NCBI RefSeq assembly: GCF_001017655.1
Contig: NZ_CP010904.1
Location: 2,820,001 to 2,852,000 of the forward strand
Origin: Kiritimatiella glycovorans
Lineage (GTDB): Bacteria > Verrucomicrobiota > Kiritimatiellia > Kiritimatiellales > Kiritimatiellaceae
Reading direction: 5' to 3'
Length of the DNA: 32,000 nucleotides
The notes beneath the pieces are model-generated. The model saw nothing but the letters and a program-made list of their open reading frames with translations. It was not told where the DNA came from and did no database searches. The first letter of the stretch is position 1. Each line of letters starts with the position of its first letter. The position numbers and the translations under genes were made by a program. Positions 8,608-16,173 of this stretch are shown here, piece by piece.

Positions 8608-10088
8608 CAGTAGCATCCCATAAGGCCCCATATCGGGGCACAGGACTTACGTAACCCCTTGCCCTGCAAGGGTCGCACTTTTTCTCCGAGCTATGTTTCA
8701 TTTGATAATTTTCGCGATCAAGGATGCCCCTGTTTTTAAATGCGCCCGATGCTGTCCCACATCTCAGAGAGGGGACAACCCTAATCCGGGCAAATAGGCT
8801 TGTTGTGGGGCCCATTGCATCCGGAAGCTGCCCTGTGCTGTCCCATAGGATTTCAAATAAGCGAGCAGATGAAGCCGTTGCCACAGAACCGCGCGCAGGC
8901 AGGTAAACAACCGCGTAAAGCTGTGCGCCCAATCGCTGCAGGTATGCAGAAAGCGGAGCAACACGTACATCAGCAGCGCCGTCCAGAGCTGCCACTCAAT
9001 CGCCTTGCGGTTGTGCCCGAGGAAGTCGCCCAGGTGCAGCGTCTGCTTGATCTGTTTGAAGAAGGTTTCGATGTTCCATCGCGCCTTGTACAGATCACAG
9101 ATGCTCGAGGCCGCCCACTCGAAGTTGTTCGTAAAGAAGGTCATTATCCGATCCTCGCCGTTGATCTCGATGCGGGCCACGATCCGGCGCATGCGCTTCG
9201 GATAGTCCTTTCGCTTACCGGGATTCTGAACGAGCACGAGATCGTCACGCAGGATGCGCCCCGCGGGCTTCTTCACCAGCCGCTTCACGCAGCGCAAGTT
9301 CATGCTTTCTTTCACGCGGCTCACCCAGAAGATACCCCGCTCGGCCAGTCTGAACAGATGCGTATAGTCGATGTAGGCCATGTCAAACACGGCGATTTCA
9401 CCCGCCTTGAGGCCTGCGCACAACTCGTGCGCCTTGGTGCTGTCGTGCCCCCTGGCCGAGTCGACAATCGCGAAGGCCGGCAGGAAGCTCTCCAGGTTCA
9501 GCCGCAGGTGCAGCTTCGCGGCCGCCTTGCGCCGCCGGTGCTTCGCCCAGTCCATGCAGTTGGCGAACAGCTTGATCGTCGTGGAGTCCAGGGCATACAC
9601 CGTTCGTTTGAAGCGCCTCGGCAGTCGGCGGAACTTCACGCCACCGAACCCCGGTCGCAACGTCTCGAAGTACTCGAGCACCGACCAGAAAAGCTCCTCG
9701 GCCATTTTCGGATCGCGGGTCTTGTTCGCGTGCGAGAGCCCGTTGCGGCTCGGTGGCTTGGCGCCACGGATGCTGGCCATCGGCGCCCGATGGGCGCGCA
9801 GCGCGTCCACCACGTCGTTCAGCCCGATCGCATGGGTGAACTGCGCATAGAGCATGCTCACCAGATGGCTCCAGGGCGTGATGCCCCTCGACTTGATCCC
9901 GTGCTTGCGCGCAAGTTTCGGCACAAGGTGCGGCGGAATGAGTTCACAGACCTGGCGAAAAATGGCACTCTTACTCCCGGCTCGACTGGCTGGCATAACG
10001 CAATCTCCTTTGGGTTAGACTCTGAAGAAGATTGTAGCCAGTCAGTCAGCCATTACAATTTTCGTCCTTCGCGAATGGGATGCTAGTG
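8608..10088 (-). mobile_element. IS4-family insertion sequence (~1481 bp)
   Basis: 14-bp terminal inverted repeats with one mismatch: CAGTAGCATCCCAT at 8608, versus the reverse complement of the right end, CACTAGCATCCCAT, ending at 10088. A 9-bp direct repeat AATCCGATT lies at 8599..8607 and 10089..10097. It is 10 bp if the flanking C is counted. Confidence 0.85.
8764..9996 (-). CDS. IS4-family DDE transposase (DUF4372-type N-terminus)
   Basis: 410-aa ORF with the Y-x2-R-x3-E-x6-K signature YKARWNIETFFKQIK. DDE region motifs include YALDSTTIKL and VFDMAYIDY. Confidence 0.9.
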   Translation of the reverse strand: MPASRAGSKSAIFRQVCELIPPHLVPKLARKHGIKSRGITPWSHLVSMLYAQFTHAIGLNDVVDALRAHRAPMASIRGAKPPSRNGLSHANKTRDPKMAEELFWSVLEYFETLRPGFGGVKFRRLPRRFKRTVYALDSTTIKLFANCMDWAKHRRRKAAAKLHLRLNLESFLPAFAIVDSARGHDSTKAHELCAGLKAGEIAVFDMAYIDYTHLFRLAERGIFWVSRVKESMNLRCVKRLVKKPAGRILRDDLVLVQNPGKRKDYPKRMRRIVARIEINGEDRIMTFFTNNFEWAASSICDLYKARWNIETFFKQIKQTLHLGDFLGHNRKAIEWQLWTALLMYVLLRFLHTCSDWAHSFTRLFTCLRAVLWQRLHLLAYLKSYGTAQGSFRMQWAPQQAYLPGLGLSPL

Positions 10089-11604
10089 AATCCGATTCGT
10101 TCGCGGGCTTGTCCGATCTTCCGTGGCCGACATAATCAATCATGATCGTCCGATAGCCCGCTTGATTGATCGGGGGCACGATTTTGCGAAACAAGAACGA
10201 CCAGGAGGGATTGCCGTGCAGCATCAGAAGGGTGGGCGCGTCCTCCGGTCCCGAAACCGCGTAGTGCATCCGAATCCGGCGATTTCCCGGCGGAAGATTC
10301 GGGTCGTCGACCGACAGGTAGCGCGGCTCGAAATCGTATCCTGGGAGGTCCGCGAAATGCGAGTCCGGGGTGCGCAGCAATTCCATGGCCGCTCCCTTCG
10401 CTCCGCCGATTGGCTCCTTCGCGGCCCCATCCAACTTGCGGCGATGTTTCAGGAAGAAGTCCCACATCAGGTCGTTGGCGGAGATGTCGCGTGTGGCGAG
10501 ACCGAGAAAGGCAGCCGCCGCCGGAGGCGCGACTCCGGGCCAAGTGTGTCCTCCACCTTCAATCTCAATCAAAACCACCTCGGTCCCCTCACGTCCATTG
10601 CCCCAGTTTTTTTGGGTCACCCGCGTTCCGTCGTCCTTGGTGTCCGGCAGCTTGGTCACGGTTGGCTCATCGTCACAGCCATTCGACTGAATCCACAGCT
10701 GCAGCGAGCGATCCACGGATCGGAATTCCGTCACGCCCCTCCCTCCCCGACCGTTCTCGCCGAATCCGCCCTTGAACGGTGCGAACTTGTCCGCCGTGCC
10801 GTGAAAATGCATCACCGCCACCGGCCTTGACGGTGCGATCGTCTCCATCATCAGCGGTCCGCCCACCGGAGCGATTGCGGCGATCCGATCCGCCAGCTCG
10901 GCGGCGACCCGATAGGACATGATACCGCCGTTGGAAAGGCCGGTGGCGAAAACCGCCCCGGAATCCACGTTCGCGACCTCCTCCAGATTATCCAGCATCG
11001 TCCGGACAAAGCCGACGTCGTCAATCTCCCGATGCATCGCGTAGCCGCAGCATTCGCCCCCGTTGAAGGTGAGCATGCGGTCCTCATCCGGCCCCGATCC
11101 GAAGGGATACGCGACGAGAAACCCCGCTTCCTCCGATTTGTCGTCCAGCCGCGACACACGGACCATCGCATCCGGGTTTCCGCCCCCGCCGTGAAAAGCG
11201 ATCACCACTGGCGTTTCCTTTTCCGGATCGTAGCTGGCCGGCACATGAAGCCGATAACGGCGCTGAACCTCTCCTACCGTCACCGTGCGGATGTGGTCGC
11301 CCGGGCTGAGCGATTCGTTGCCCGGTCGAGGGTCAGGTCCGGGGTTGGGCCCGGGACGCATTGACCGTGCGATGGCGGTGGCGAACTCCTCAAATGTGAG
11401 CGTGCCGTCATTGTCGCTGTCAGCGTTCTTGAGACGAGAACTCAGCCGTGGGGCGGCATTAAGTTCGGTCTGTGATAGCCGACTGTTCGCGTCTGTATCA
11501 AGCCGTTCGAAACCCTGACGAAGACGGGAGCCATCCTGTCCGGCGGCAACACCGGCAAGGCAGGTGAGTAAATACAGGTAACAGAGTGATCGAAAGAGTC
11601 TCAT
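10089..11604 (-). pseudogene. N-terminal fragment of the IS-disrupted gene: signal peptide, EF-hand, PHB-depolymerase-type esterase, and the start of a dehalogenase-like alpha/beta hydrolase
   Basis: ORF 10042..11604 with signal peptide MRLFRSLCYLYLLTCLAGVAAG. It has EF-hand-like DTDANSRLSQTEL and DSDNDGTLTFEEF. Esterase motifs are VIAFHGGGGN, TFNGGECCGY and GLSNGG. It then reads LMLHGNPSWSFLFRK...DYVGHGRSDKPANESD. The last 15 codons are IS4 end sequence. Confidence 0.85.
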
Positions 11605-11896
11605 ACGGGAGTTAAACGTTCGCGCTAACCTAAAGTTTCGAATTTTTCGATTTTCGAGTGAAATTAATAGTTCATGCGCCCGCCAGATATTTATGGCAGA
11701 CGTGGAGGTGTATCACGTAGTGAGCGACGCGAACGGATTTGATACCGCCGGCTGGATATAGCTTCCAGAATGCCCAGCGGCCCCGAATCCGGCAAGGACC
11801 TTCTCTTCCAGCGGTGGTCCCGGAAAACGGAGCCAGTGAGGGGCGGATAGACAGCATCGGGTTCTCCCGGTAAAAAGGAGACCGAAAGGAGAACCG

Positions 11897-12202
11897 ATGA
11901 AGAAGCCGAGACGAAATCACAGCGCGCAGTTCAAGGCGCGTATCGCGATGGAAGCGTTGCGCGGCATCAAGACCGTGGCGGAGATCGCGGCGGAAAACAA
12001 CGTGCATCCGACCATGGTGACTCGATGGAAGACGGAGCTCACAGAGGGCGCAGCCGATCTCTTTGAGCGCAAGAACGCGCCGGACCTAGAAAAGCGCGGG
12101 CTGGAAAAGAACTGCGAGCGGCTGGAGCGAAAAGTAGGTCAGCTGGTGATTGAGAAGGAGTGGATGGAAAAAAAATGCGTCGAGTTGGGGATCGATCCGT
12201 GA
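11897..12202 (+). CDS. IS3-family transposase OrfA (HTH)
   Basis: 101-aa ORF of the HTH_Tnp_1 type (RRNHSAQFKARIAMEALRGIKTVAEIAAENNVHPTMVTRWK) with a leucine-zipper-like C-terminus. The RBS is aaaggagaccgaaaggagaaccgATG. Confidence 0.9.
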   Translation: MKKPRRNHSAQFKARIAMEALRGIKTVAEIAAENNVHPTMVTRWKTELTEGAADLFERKNAPDLEKRGLEKNCERLERKVGQLVIEKEWMEKKCVELGIDP

Positions 12203-13056
12203 GGAAGGCTCTGGTGGATCCTTCTGATGCTCAACTCTCGCTGCGGCGCCAATGTGCTCTGCTGGGCGTCAACCGGAACCGGTTGACGCCGCCGGAGCCC
12301 AGGGCGACGATCACGGACTTACGGATTATGAGGATGCTCGACGAACTTCATCTGCGTTTCCCGACGTTCGGGACGCGGGGGCTGCGCCGATTACTCAAGC
12401 GCGAACAGGGGCTGAACGTGGGGCGAAAGCGGCTTCGCCGGCTGATGAGGCTCGCGCATATCTCGGCTCTCCGCCCGCGGCCGCGGACCAGCGCACCGGG
12501 CAAGGGGCATCGCATCTATCCGTATTTGCTGCGTGGAGTGGATGTTACGCGGCCGAATCAGGTCTGGTGCGCCGATATCACCTATATCCCGATGCCGCGA
12601 GGGTATTGCTACCTGGTGGCCGTCATGGACTGGTACAGCCGGAAAGTGCTCGGGTGGGAACTGAGCACCACGATGGATACCGCGTTCTGCCTGCGGGCCT
12701 TTCGATCGGCGGTGGCCACGGCCGGACGGGCGCCGGAGATCATGAATACCGATCAGGGCTCGCAGTTCACGTCGACGGATTGGATCAGGGAGATGAAACA
12801 GCACGAGGGCTTAAAAATCAGCATGGATGGGACGGGCCGCTGGGTGGACAATGTGTTCATCGAGCGGCTGTGGTGGAGCCTGAAGTATGAGGATGTTTAT
12901 CTGAAAAGCTATGAAACGCCCCGGGAAACCGGGCGCGGCGTGGGGGCGTGGCTGGAGCGCTACAATACCGAACGTCCGCATTCATCGATCGGGGATCGAA
13001 CGCCCGATGGGGCGTACTTCGGAATCGAGGCGGAGTCGAAATGGAGAGCGGCATGA
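12160..13056 (+). CDS. IS3-family transposase OrfB (rve integrase core), expressed as an OrfAB fusion by -1 frameshift
   Basis: This ORF is in the -1 frame relative to orfA. It has the DDE/rve motifs QVWCADITYIP, MNTDQGSQFTS and ERLWWSLKYE...YNTERPHSSIG. Confidence 0.9.
   Translation: MDGKKMRRVGDRSVRKALVDPSDAQLSLRRQCALLGVNRNRLTPPEPRATITDLRIMRMLDELHLRFPTFGTRGLRRLLKREQGLNVGRKRLRRLMRLAHISALRPRPRTSAPGKGHRIYPYLLRGVDVTRPNQVWCADITYIPMPRGYCYLVAVMDWYSRKVLGWELSTTMDTAFCLRAFRSAVATAGRAPEIMNTDQGSQFTSTDWIREMKQHEGLKISMDGTGRWVDNVFIERLWWSLKYEDVYLKSYETPRETGRGVGAWLERYNTERPHSSIGDRTPDGAYFGIEAESKWRAA
12169..12175 (+). promoter_or_regulatory. Programmed -1 ribosomal frameshift slippery heptamer A AAA AAA
   Basis: An A8 run lies at 12168..12175. 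In the orfA frame it reads GAA AAA AAA TGC, so A_AAA_AAA is correctly phased within the orfA/orfB overlap. Confidence 0.75.
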
Positions 13057-13235
13057 AGAGGCGAGTTGCCCACAGCCATGCGACCGTCTCCGACGAGTTC
13101 AATGACCCATTCTCGACGGCCGCAGGCTATGGACAACTCGCCGGAGTTGTGGCAGAACACTCGCAGGAAGCGGGAGCCCTGATGCTGACTTAAAGTTCGA
13201 AAAAACTGGCTCCGCTATCGGGACCACCGCTTTAG

Positions 13236-13248
13236 ATTAATCGATTAT
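13236..13248. promoter_or_regulatory. Operator-like palindrome upstream of regulator copy A
   Basis: ATTAATCGATTAT contains the 10-bp palindrome TAATCGATTA. It is the exact reverse complement of the 13-mer ATAATCGATTAAT at 14475..14487 and 17357..17369. It begins 6 bp after the IS3 right end. Confidence 0.45.
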
Positions 13249-13291
13249 TTCGGTTGAGGCGTGATGGCGAAGCGAAGTATCTTACTTTCAT

Positions 13292-14431
13292 ATGGGTACA
13301 GATGGCAAAGGTGGAAGGGTTGCATCTCCGGTGGGCGGTAACGGGGGATTGGTGTCGGATCAGATATATGACTGGCTGCGTGAGCAGATCGAGACGTGGG
13401 ATATCGACAAGCCGTTGCCTTCGCAGAACAAGATTATGAAGGATTTCGGCGTTTCGCTGGCGTCGGTGAACACGGCGTTCGGGCGTTTGGTTGATGAGGG
13501 GCGGGTGGAGCGCCACCGCGGGCGGGGGTCGTTCATTGCCCGGAAGGATGTGCGCCAGTACTCGGCAGCAAAGAAAAACTCCCGGCCCAAAGTGGTGATT
13601 GTGTCGTACGATTATTTTTCGGAGACCATCTGGACCAATACGCATCTGTGCGATGAATTCCTGGATCGTGCAGGATACCAGTCGATTCAGTTTAAGCTGA
13701 AAAAGACGGATCAGGAAGGGCGTGTGCGTGAATTTCTTCAGGCAGAAGAAGGGATTGCCGGTGTTGTGGTGGATTTGAGTACGCGCTTGCTGCACATGGA
13801 CAGCCGTTTTTTGAACAGCCTGAAGGTTCCGGTTGTGCTGCTGGAGCCGGTGGACAGCCTTGCCGACCTGGACCGGGTTCATGCCGTACACCCGGATTAT
13901 GAGCAGAGCGGGTTTATGATGGCCGAGGAGCTGTTGAAATGCGGCCACCGCCACATCGCGTATGTGGGCGATATCCCTGAAAACGAAGTGACCGATGCAC
14001 ACCGGCGGGGCATCCTTGCGGCTTTCCGCGAGCACAAAAGGGGTACGCGAAGCCTTGTTTCGCAGAAGAACAGGGCGCAGCCGGGGGAGTATGCCGCCGA
14101 GGCGGGATACCGCTTGACGGCTCAACTGGTTCGCGAGCACCCGAACGTGGACGGGATTCTGTTCGATTCGGCGCACGGGGCTTTTGCCGCCATCCGTGCT
14201 TTGAACGAGGTCGGAAAAAGGGTTCCGGAGGACGTCAGCGTGATCGGGGAGGGCGATTACACTTTCGCCCGCTTTTGCAGCCCGCCGATTACGGTGACCG
14301 CGTTTGACTCCCGCGAGCGGATCCGCCGGGCCATCGACTACATCGTCAGTCCTGAAAAGGCCGCTTCCAAGGAAGTGGTGGTTCCTGCCGGGCTGATCCG
14401 CCGCAACAGCGTCTTTTCCCGCAAGCGCTGA
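13292..14431 (+). CDS. Transcriptional regulator, GntR-type winged HTH fused to a LacI/PBP1-type sugar-binding domain (AraR-like), copy A
   Basis: 379-aa ORF. The N-terminus reads LPSQNKIMKDFGVSLASVNTAFGRLVDEGRVERHRGRGSFI (GntR wHTH). The C-terminus is a periplasmic-binding-protein-like fold (VVIVSYD..., HIAYVGD, DGILFDSAHGAFAAIRALNEVGKRVPEDVSVIGEGD). Confidence 0.85.
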   Translation: MGTDGKGGRVASPVGGNGGLVSDQIYDWLREQIETWDIDKPLPSQNKIMKDFGVSLASVNTAFGRLVDEGRVERHRGRGSFIARKDVRQYSAAKKNSRPKVVIVSYDYFSETIWTNTHLCDEFLDRAGYQSIQFKLKKTDQEGRVREFLQAEEGIAGVVVDLSTRLLHMDSRFLNSLKVPVVLLEPVDSLADLDRVHAVHPDYEQSGFMMAEELLKCGHRHIAYVGDIPENEVTDAHRRGILAAFREHKRGTRSLVSQKNRAQPGEYAAEAGYRLTAQLVREHPNVDGILFDSAHGAFAAIRALNEVGKRVPEDVSVIGEGDYTFARFCSPPITVTAFDSRERIRRAIDYIVSPEKAASKEVVVPAGLIRRNSVFSRKR

Positions 14432-14474
14432 CGAACCAATCCCTCCGATTATCTTGCCTCCGCCGGGGTTTAAA

Positions 14475-14490
14475 ATAATCGATTAATCGA
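14475..14490. promoter_or_regulatory. Candidate operator: perfect 12-bp palindrome TCGATTAATCGA (14479..14490) within ATAATCGATTAATCGA
   Basis: A perfect palindrome lies immediately upstream of, and abutting, the -35 element of the downstream promoter. It is duplicated at 17357..17372, and the related site at 13236..13248 is inverted. Confidence 0.5.
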
Positions 14491-14497
14491 AATAATA

Positions 14498-14526
14498 TTG
14501 ACAGAGGGCGGCCCGTATTGTAGATA
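14498..14526 (+). promoter_or_regulatory. Sigma70-like promoter: TTGACA, 17-bp spacer, TAGATA
   Basis: TTGACA is at 14498..14503, followed by a 17-bp spacer and TAGATA at 14521..14526. This is about 130 bp upstream of the DNRLRE/PEP-CTERM gene. Confidence 0.5.
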
Positions 14527-14586
14527 GGGGGGCTATGCTTGGATAAAGGAATCGGCGACCGGCCTTTGACACGAACAGGGAAATAA

Positions 14587-14667
14587 ACGAAAGGAGATGA
14601 GATGAAGAAGATAACGAAAGGAGATGAGATGAAGAAGATAACGAAAGGAGATGGGATGAAGAAGATA
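14587..14667 (+). repeat. 27-bp tandem repeat x3 duplicating the RBS and start codon
   Basis: The unit ACGAAAGGAGATGAGATGAAGAAGATA occupies 14587..14613 and 14614..14640. A third unit at 14641..14667 has one substitution (GATGGGATG). Each unit carries AAGGAG followed by ATG AAG AAG ATA. Confidence 0.9.
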
Positions 14668-15378
14668 GGGTTCATTAGTTGCATAATCCTCTTAGCGGCT
14701 GGGGGCGCATGCGCGGACGTGCTGTTTGCCTCCGCGGATGCGATGATTGACGGGGGCGACACGGACACGAACTTCGGCGCTGCCACCCAATTGTTCCTGC
14801 GTGGTGGGGGCGGTGCCAATACGGAAAAACTCTACTACCAGTTCGATGTCGAAGGCATTCTCGGCTCGGGCGAGGTCTTCGACGGCGTCGAGTTTTCGAT
14901 CGCGACACACCCGAATCAACCTGTCAATGCCACCGGTTTTAACTGGACGCTCCACGGGATTACGGACAACAACGACTCGTGGACGGAAAGCGGCATCACT
15001 TGGGACAACGCTCCGAAGAACGACACGTCCGGAACCGGGGTGGTCTCGGGCGGAACCACCAACTTGGCGAATTTCACCTTTGCCTCCGTTCCAGCGGGCA
15101 CAGCCACCTACACCATCTCCGGGGCCGGGTTGGACGAATATCTGAATTGGAAGGCAGGAGCGATCGCGGACCCCTATGGAAATGGGGCGGCTGACAATAC
15201 GGTCGCGACCATCATCGTGACGGCGAACAACTCCAGTCTCGGTCGTATCCTTTCGAAGGAAGGAACGGGTGTCAATGACCCGCAACTGAGCTACACTGTT
15301 ATCCCCGAACCGGCGACGATCGGCCTCTTTTCTGTATGTGCCGGGCTGTTGCTGGTGTCGCGTCGGCTTCTTCTCTAG
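14656..15378 (+). CDS. Secreted DNRLRE-domain protein with a PEP-CTERM sorting signal
   Basis: ORF 14602..15378. I prefer the third ATG (14656), which begins the signal peptide MKKIGFISCIILLAAGGACA. It has the DNRLRE-type hallmark SWTESGITWDNAP. The C-terminus VIPEPATIGLFSVCAGLLLVSRRLLL is a PEP motif, a TM helix and a basic tail. Confidence 0.85.
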   Translation: MKKIGFISCIILLAAGGACADVLFASADAMIDGGDTDTNFGAATQLFLRGGGGANTEKLYYQFDVEGILGSGEVFDGVEFSIATHPNQPVNATGFNWTLHGITDNNDSWTESGITWDNAPKNDTSGTGVVSGGTTNLANFTFASVPAGTATYTISGAGLDEYLNWKAGAIADPYGNGAADNTVATIIVTANNSSLGRILSKEGTGVNDPQLSYTVIPEPATIGLFSVCAGLLLVSRRLLL

Positions 15379-16100
15379 CGGTTCGGTGTCGTAGTCGGGG
15401 AATGGGTCATCGAAGCAAGGCTCGATGACCCGCTCGGCAACCTCAGGCGGTGCCCTCGCCGGCGACACGCGCACGACCTGTTGCCTGCCTGCGCCGCGAG
15501 CGTCGCGGCAGGCAGGCCACAGGCCCAGGTGTCGGAGGATACGCTGGATCACGTCGCGTTCGTTGATGAGGGCCACAATGCGCATTTCTTTCTGGCACTT
15601 CGGGCAAAGAAGCGGATCGGCTTCCCACACCTTCTTGATGAGTTCGCGCCAGTTGCCACTCCGCTTCGCTCCGTTGCTGCCCTACGGGCAGCCCGTCTCC
15701 CTTCGGTCGGCTGGCCGAGGGGATGCGGCGCGGCTTGTGTTCGGACACGTCGATGATCTGAACGGTCTCGCCTGCGGCCTCTTCCGCGGGGCACTTGTCG
15801 CGCTGGCCGCGCATCTTGTTAGAATACCCGACTTCGCCAAGGCTACGTCGGGCAAGCCAGCCTGTCGCGGCGACTTGTCCTCCGTAGCTCGCAGAGCGAA
15901 GGAGGATAAAGTCGCAGGGGCTGAAGATCTCGAGCCGACCGAAGGGAGACAGCCTGCACGAATGTGCAGGAGTGAGCAACACGAACGTCAACTGGAGCCG
16001 GATTTTGGGATTCATGCCGGAGCGGTAGATGATGGTGCCGCTTTCCGGGTCGGGATGCATCTTTTCGACGGAAAAGGGGTTGCGGATGATGTATGAACCG
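15379..16100 (-). pseudogene. IS91-family transposase C-terminal half, frameshifted and carrying a palindromic insertion
   Basis: YIIRNPFSVEKMHPDPESGTIIYRSGMNPKIR...YSNKMRGQR lies in ORF 15443..16060. WEADPLLCPKCQKEMRIVALINERDVIQRILRHLGLW...DDPFPDYD lies in another frame (ORF 14692..15630). The element is interrupted relative to the fragment at 2871..3104. Confidence 0.7.
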
Positions 16101-16173
16101 GGCTTCGCCCTATTTGACTTCGCAAATTATTTATCGCTTCGCTTTCAGGCGAAGCGAAGTATCTTACTTTCAT

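Larger units (their letters stand above)
11811..13230 (+). mobile_element. IS3-family insertion sequence (~1420 bp)
   Basis: Inverted repeats are GCGGTGGTCCCGGAAAACGGAGCCAGT at 11811..11837 and the reverse complement of 13205..13230, GCGGTGGTCCCGATAGCGGAGCCAGT. The element has an orfA/orfB arrangement with an A-run frameshift site. I could not identify a target-site duplication. Confidence 0.8.
13266..14588 (+). repeat. Segmental duplication, copy A (regulator plus downstream promoter region)
   Basis: By eye, this aligns base-for-base with 16148..17470 (offset 2882). I found only 3 mismatches, at A-copy positions 13496, 13693 and 14272. Confidence 0.9.

Noticed and set aside
8800-10086. Long ORFs antisense to well-supported genes: 8800..10086, 6959..7867, 1392..2141, 13232..14176, 16012..17058, 19629..20606, 20706..21668 and 25387..26334.
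   Set aside because: These are shadow ORFs, typical of high-GC DNA. Their translations are Arg/Pro/Gly-rich with no recognisable motifs. Each lies opposite a gene with clear family signatures.
11672-12007. A 111-aa minus-strand ORF spanning the IS3 left end.
   Set aside because: It is antisense to IS3 orfA and crosses the IS inverted repeat. It has no recognisable motifs.
14587-14667. A CRISPR array or other spaced-repeat structure.
   Set aside because: The repeats are directly adjacent 27-bp units with no spacers, and they carry an RBS plus start codon. I saw no other regularly spaced short repeats anywhere in the window.
14346-14819. ORFs 14346..14819 and 17228..17602 (minus strand) across the regulator-target intergenic regions.
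   Set aside because: They run antisense through the regulator's 3' end, the promoter/operator and the signal-peptide region of the downstream gene. The repeated FISSPFVIF motif is simply the reverse translation of the 27-bp tandem repeat.
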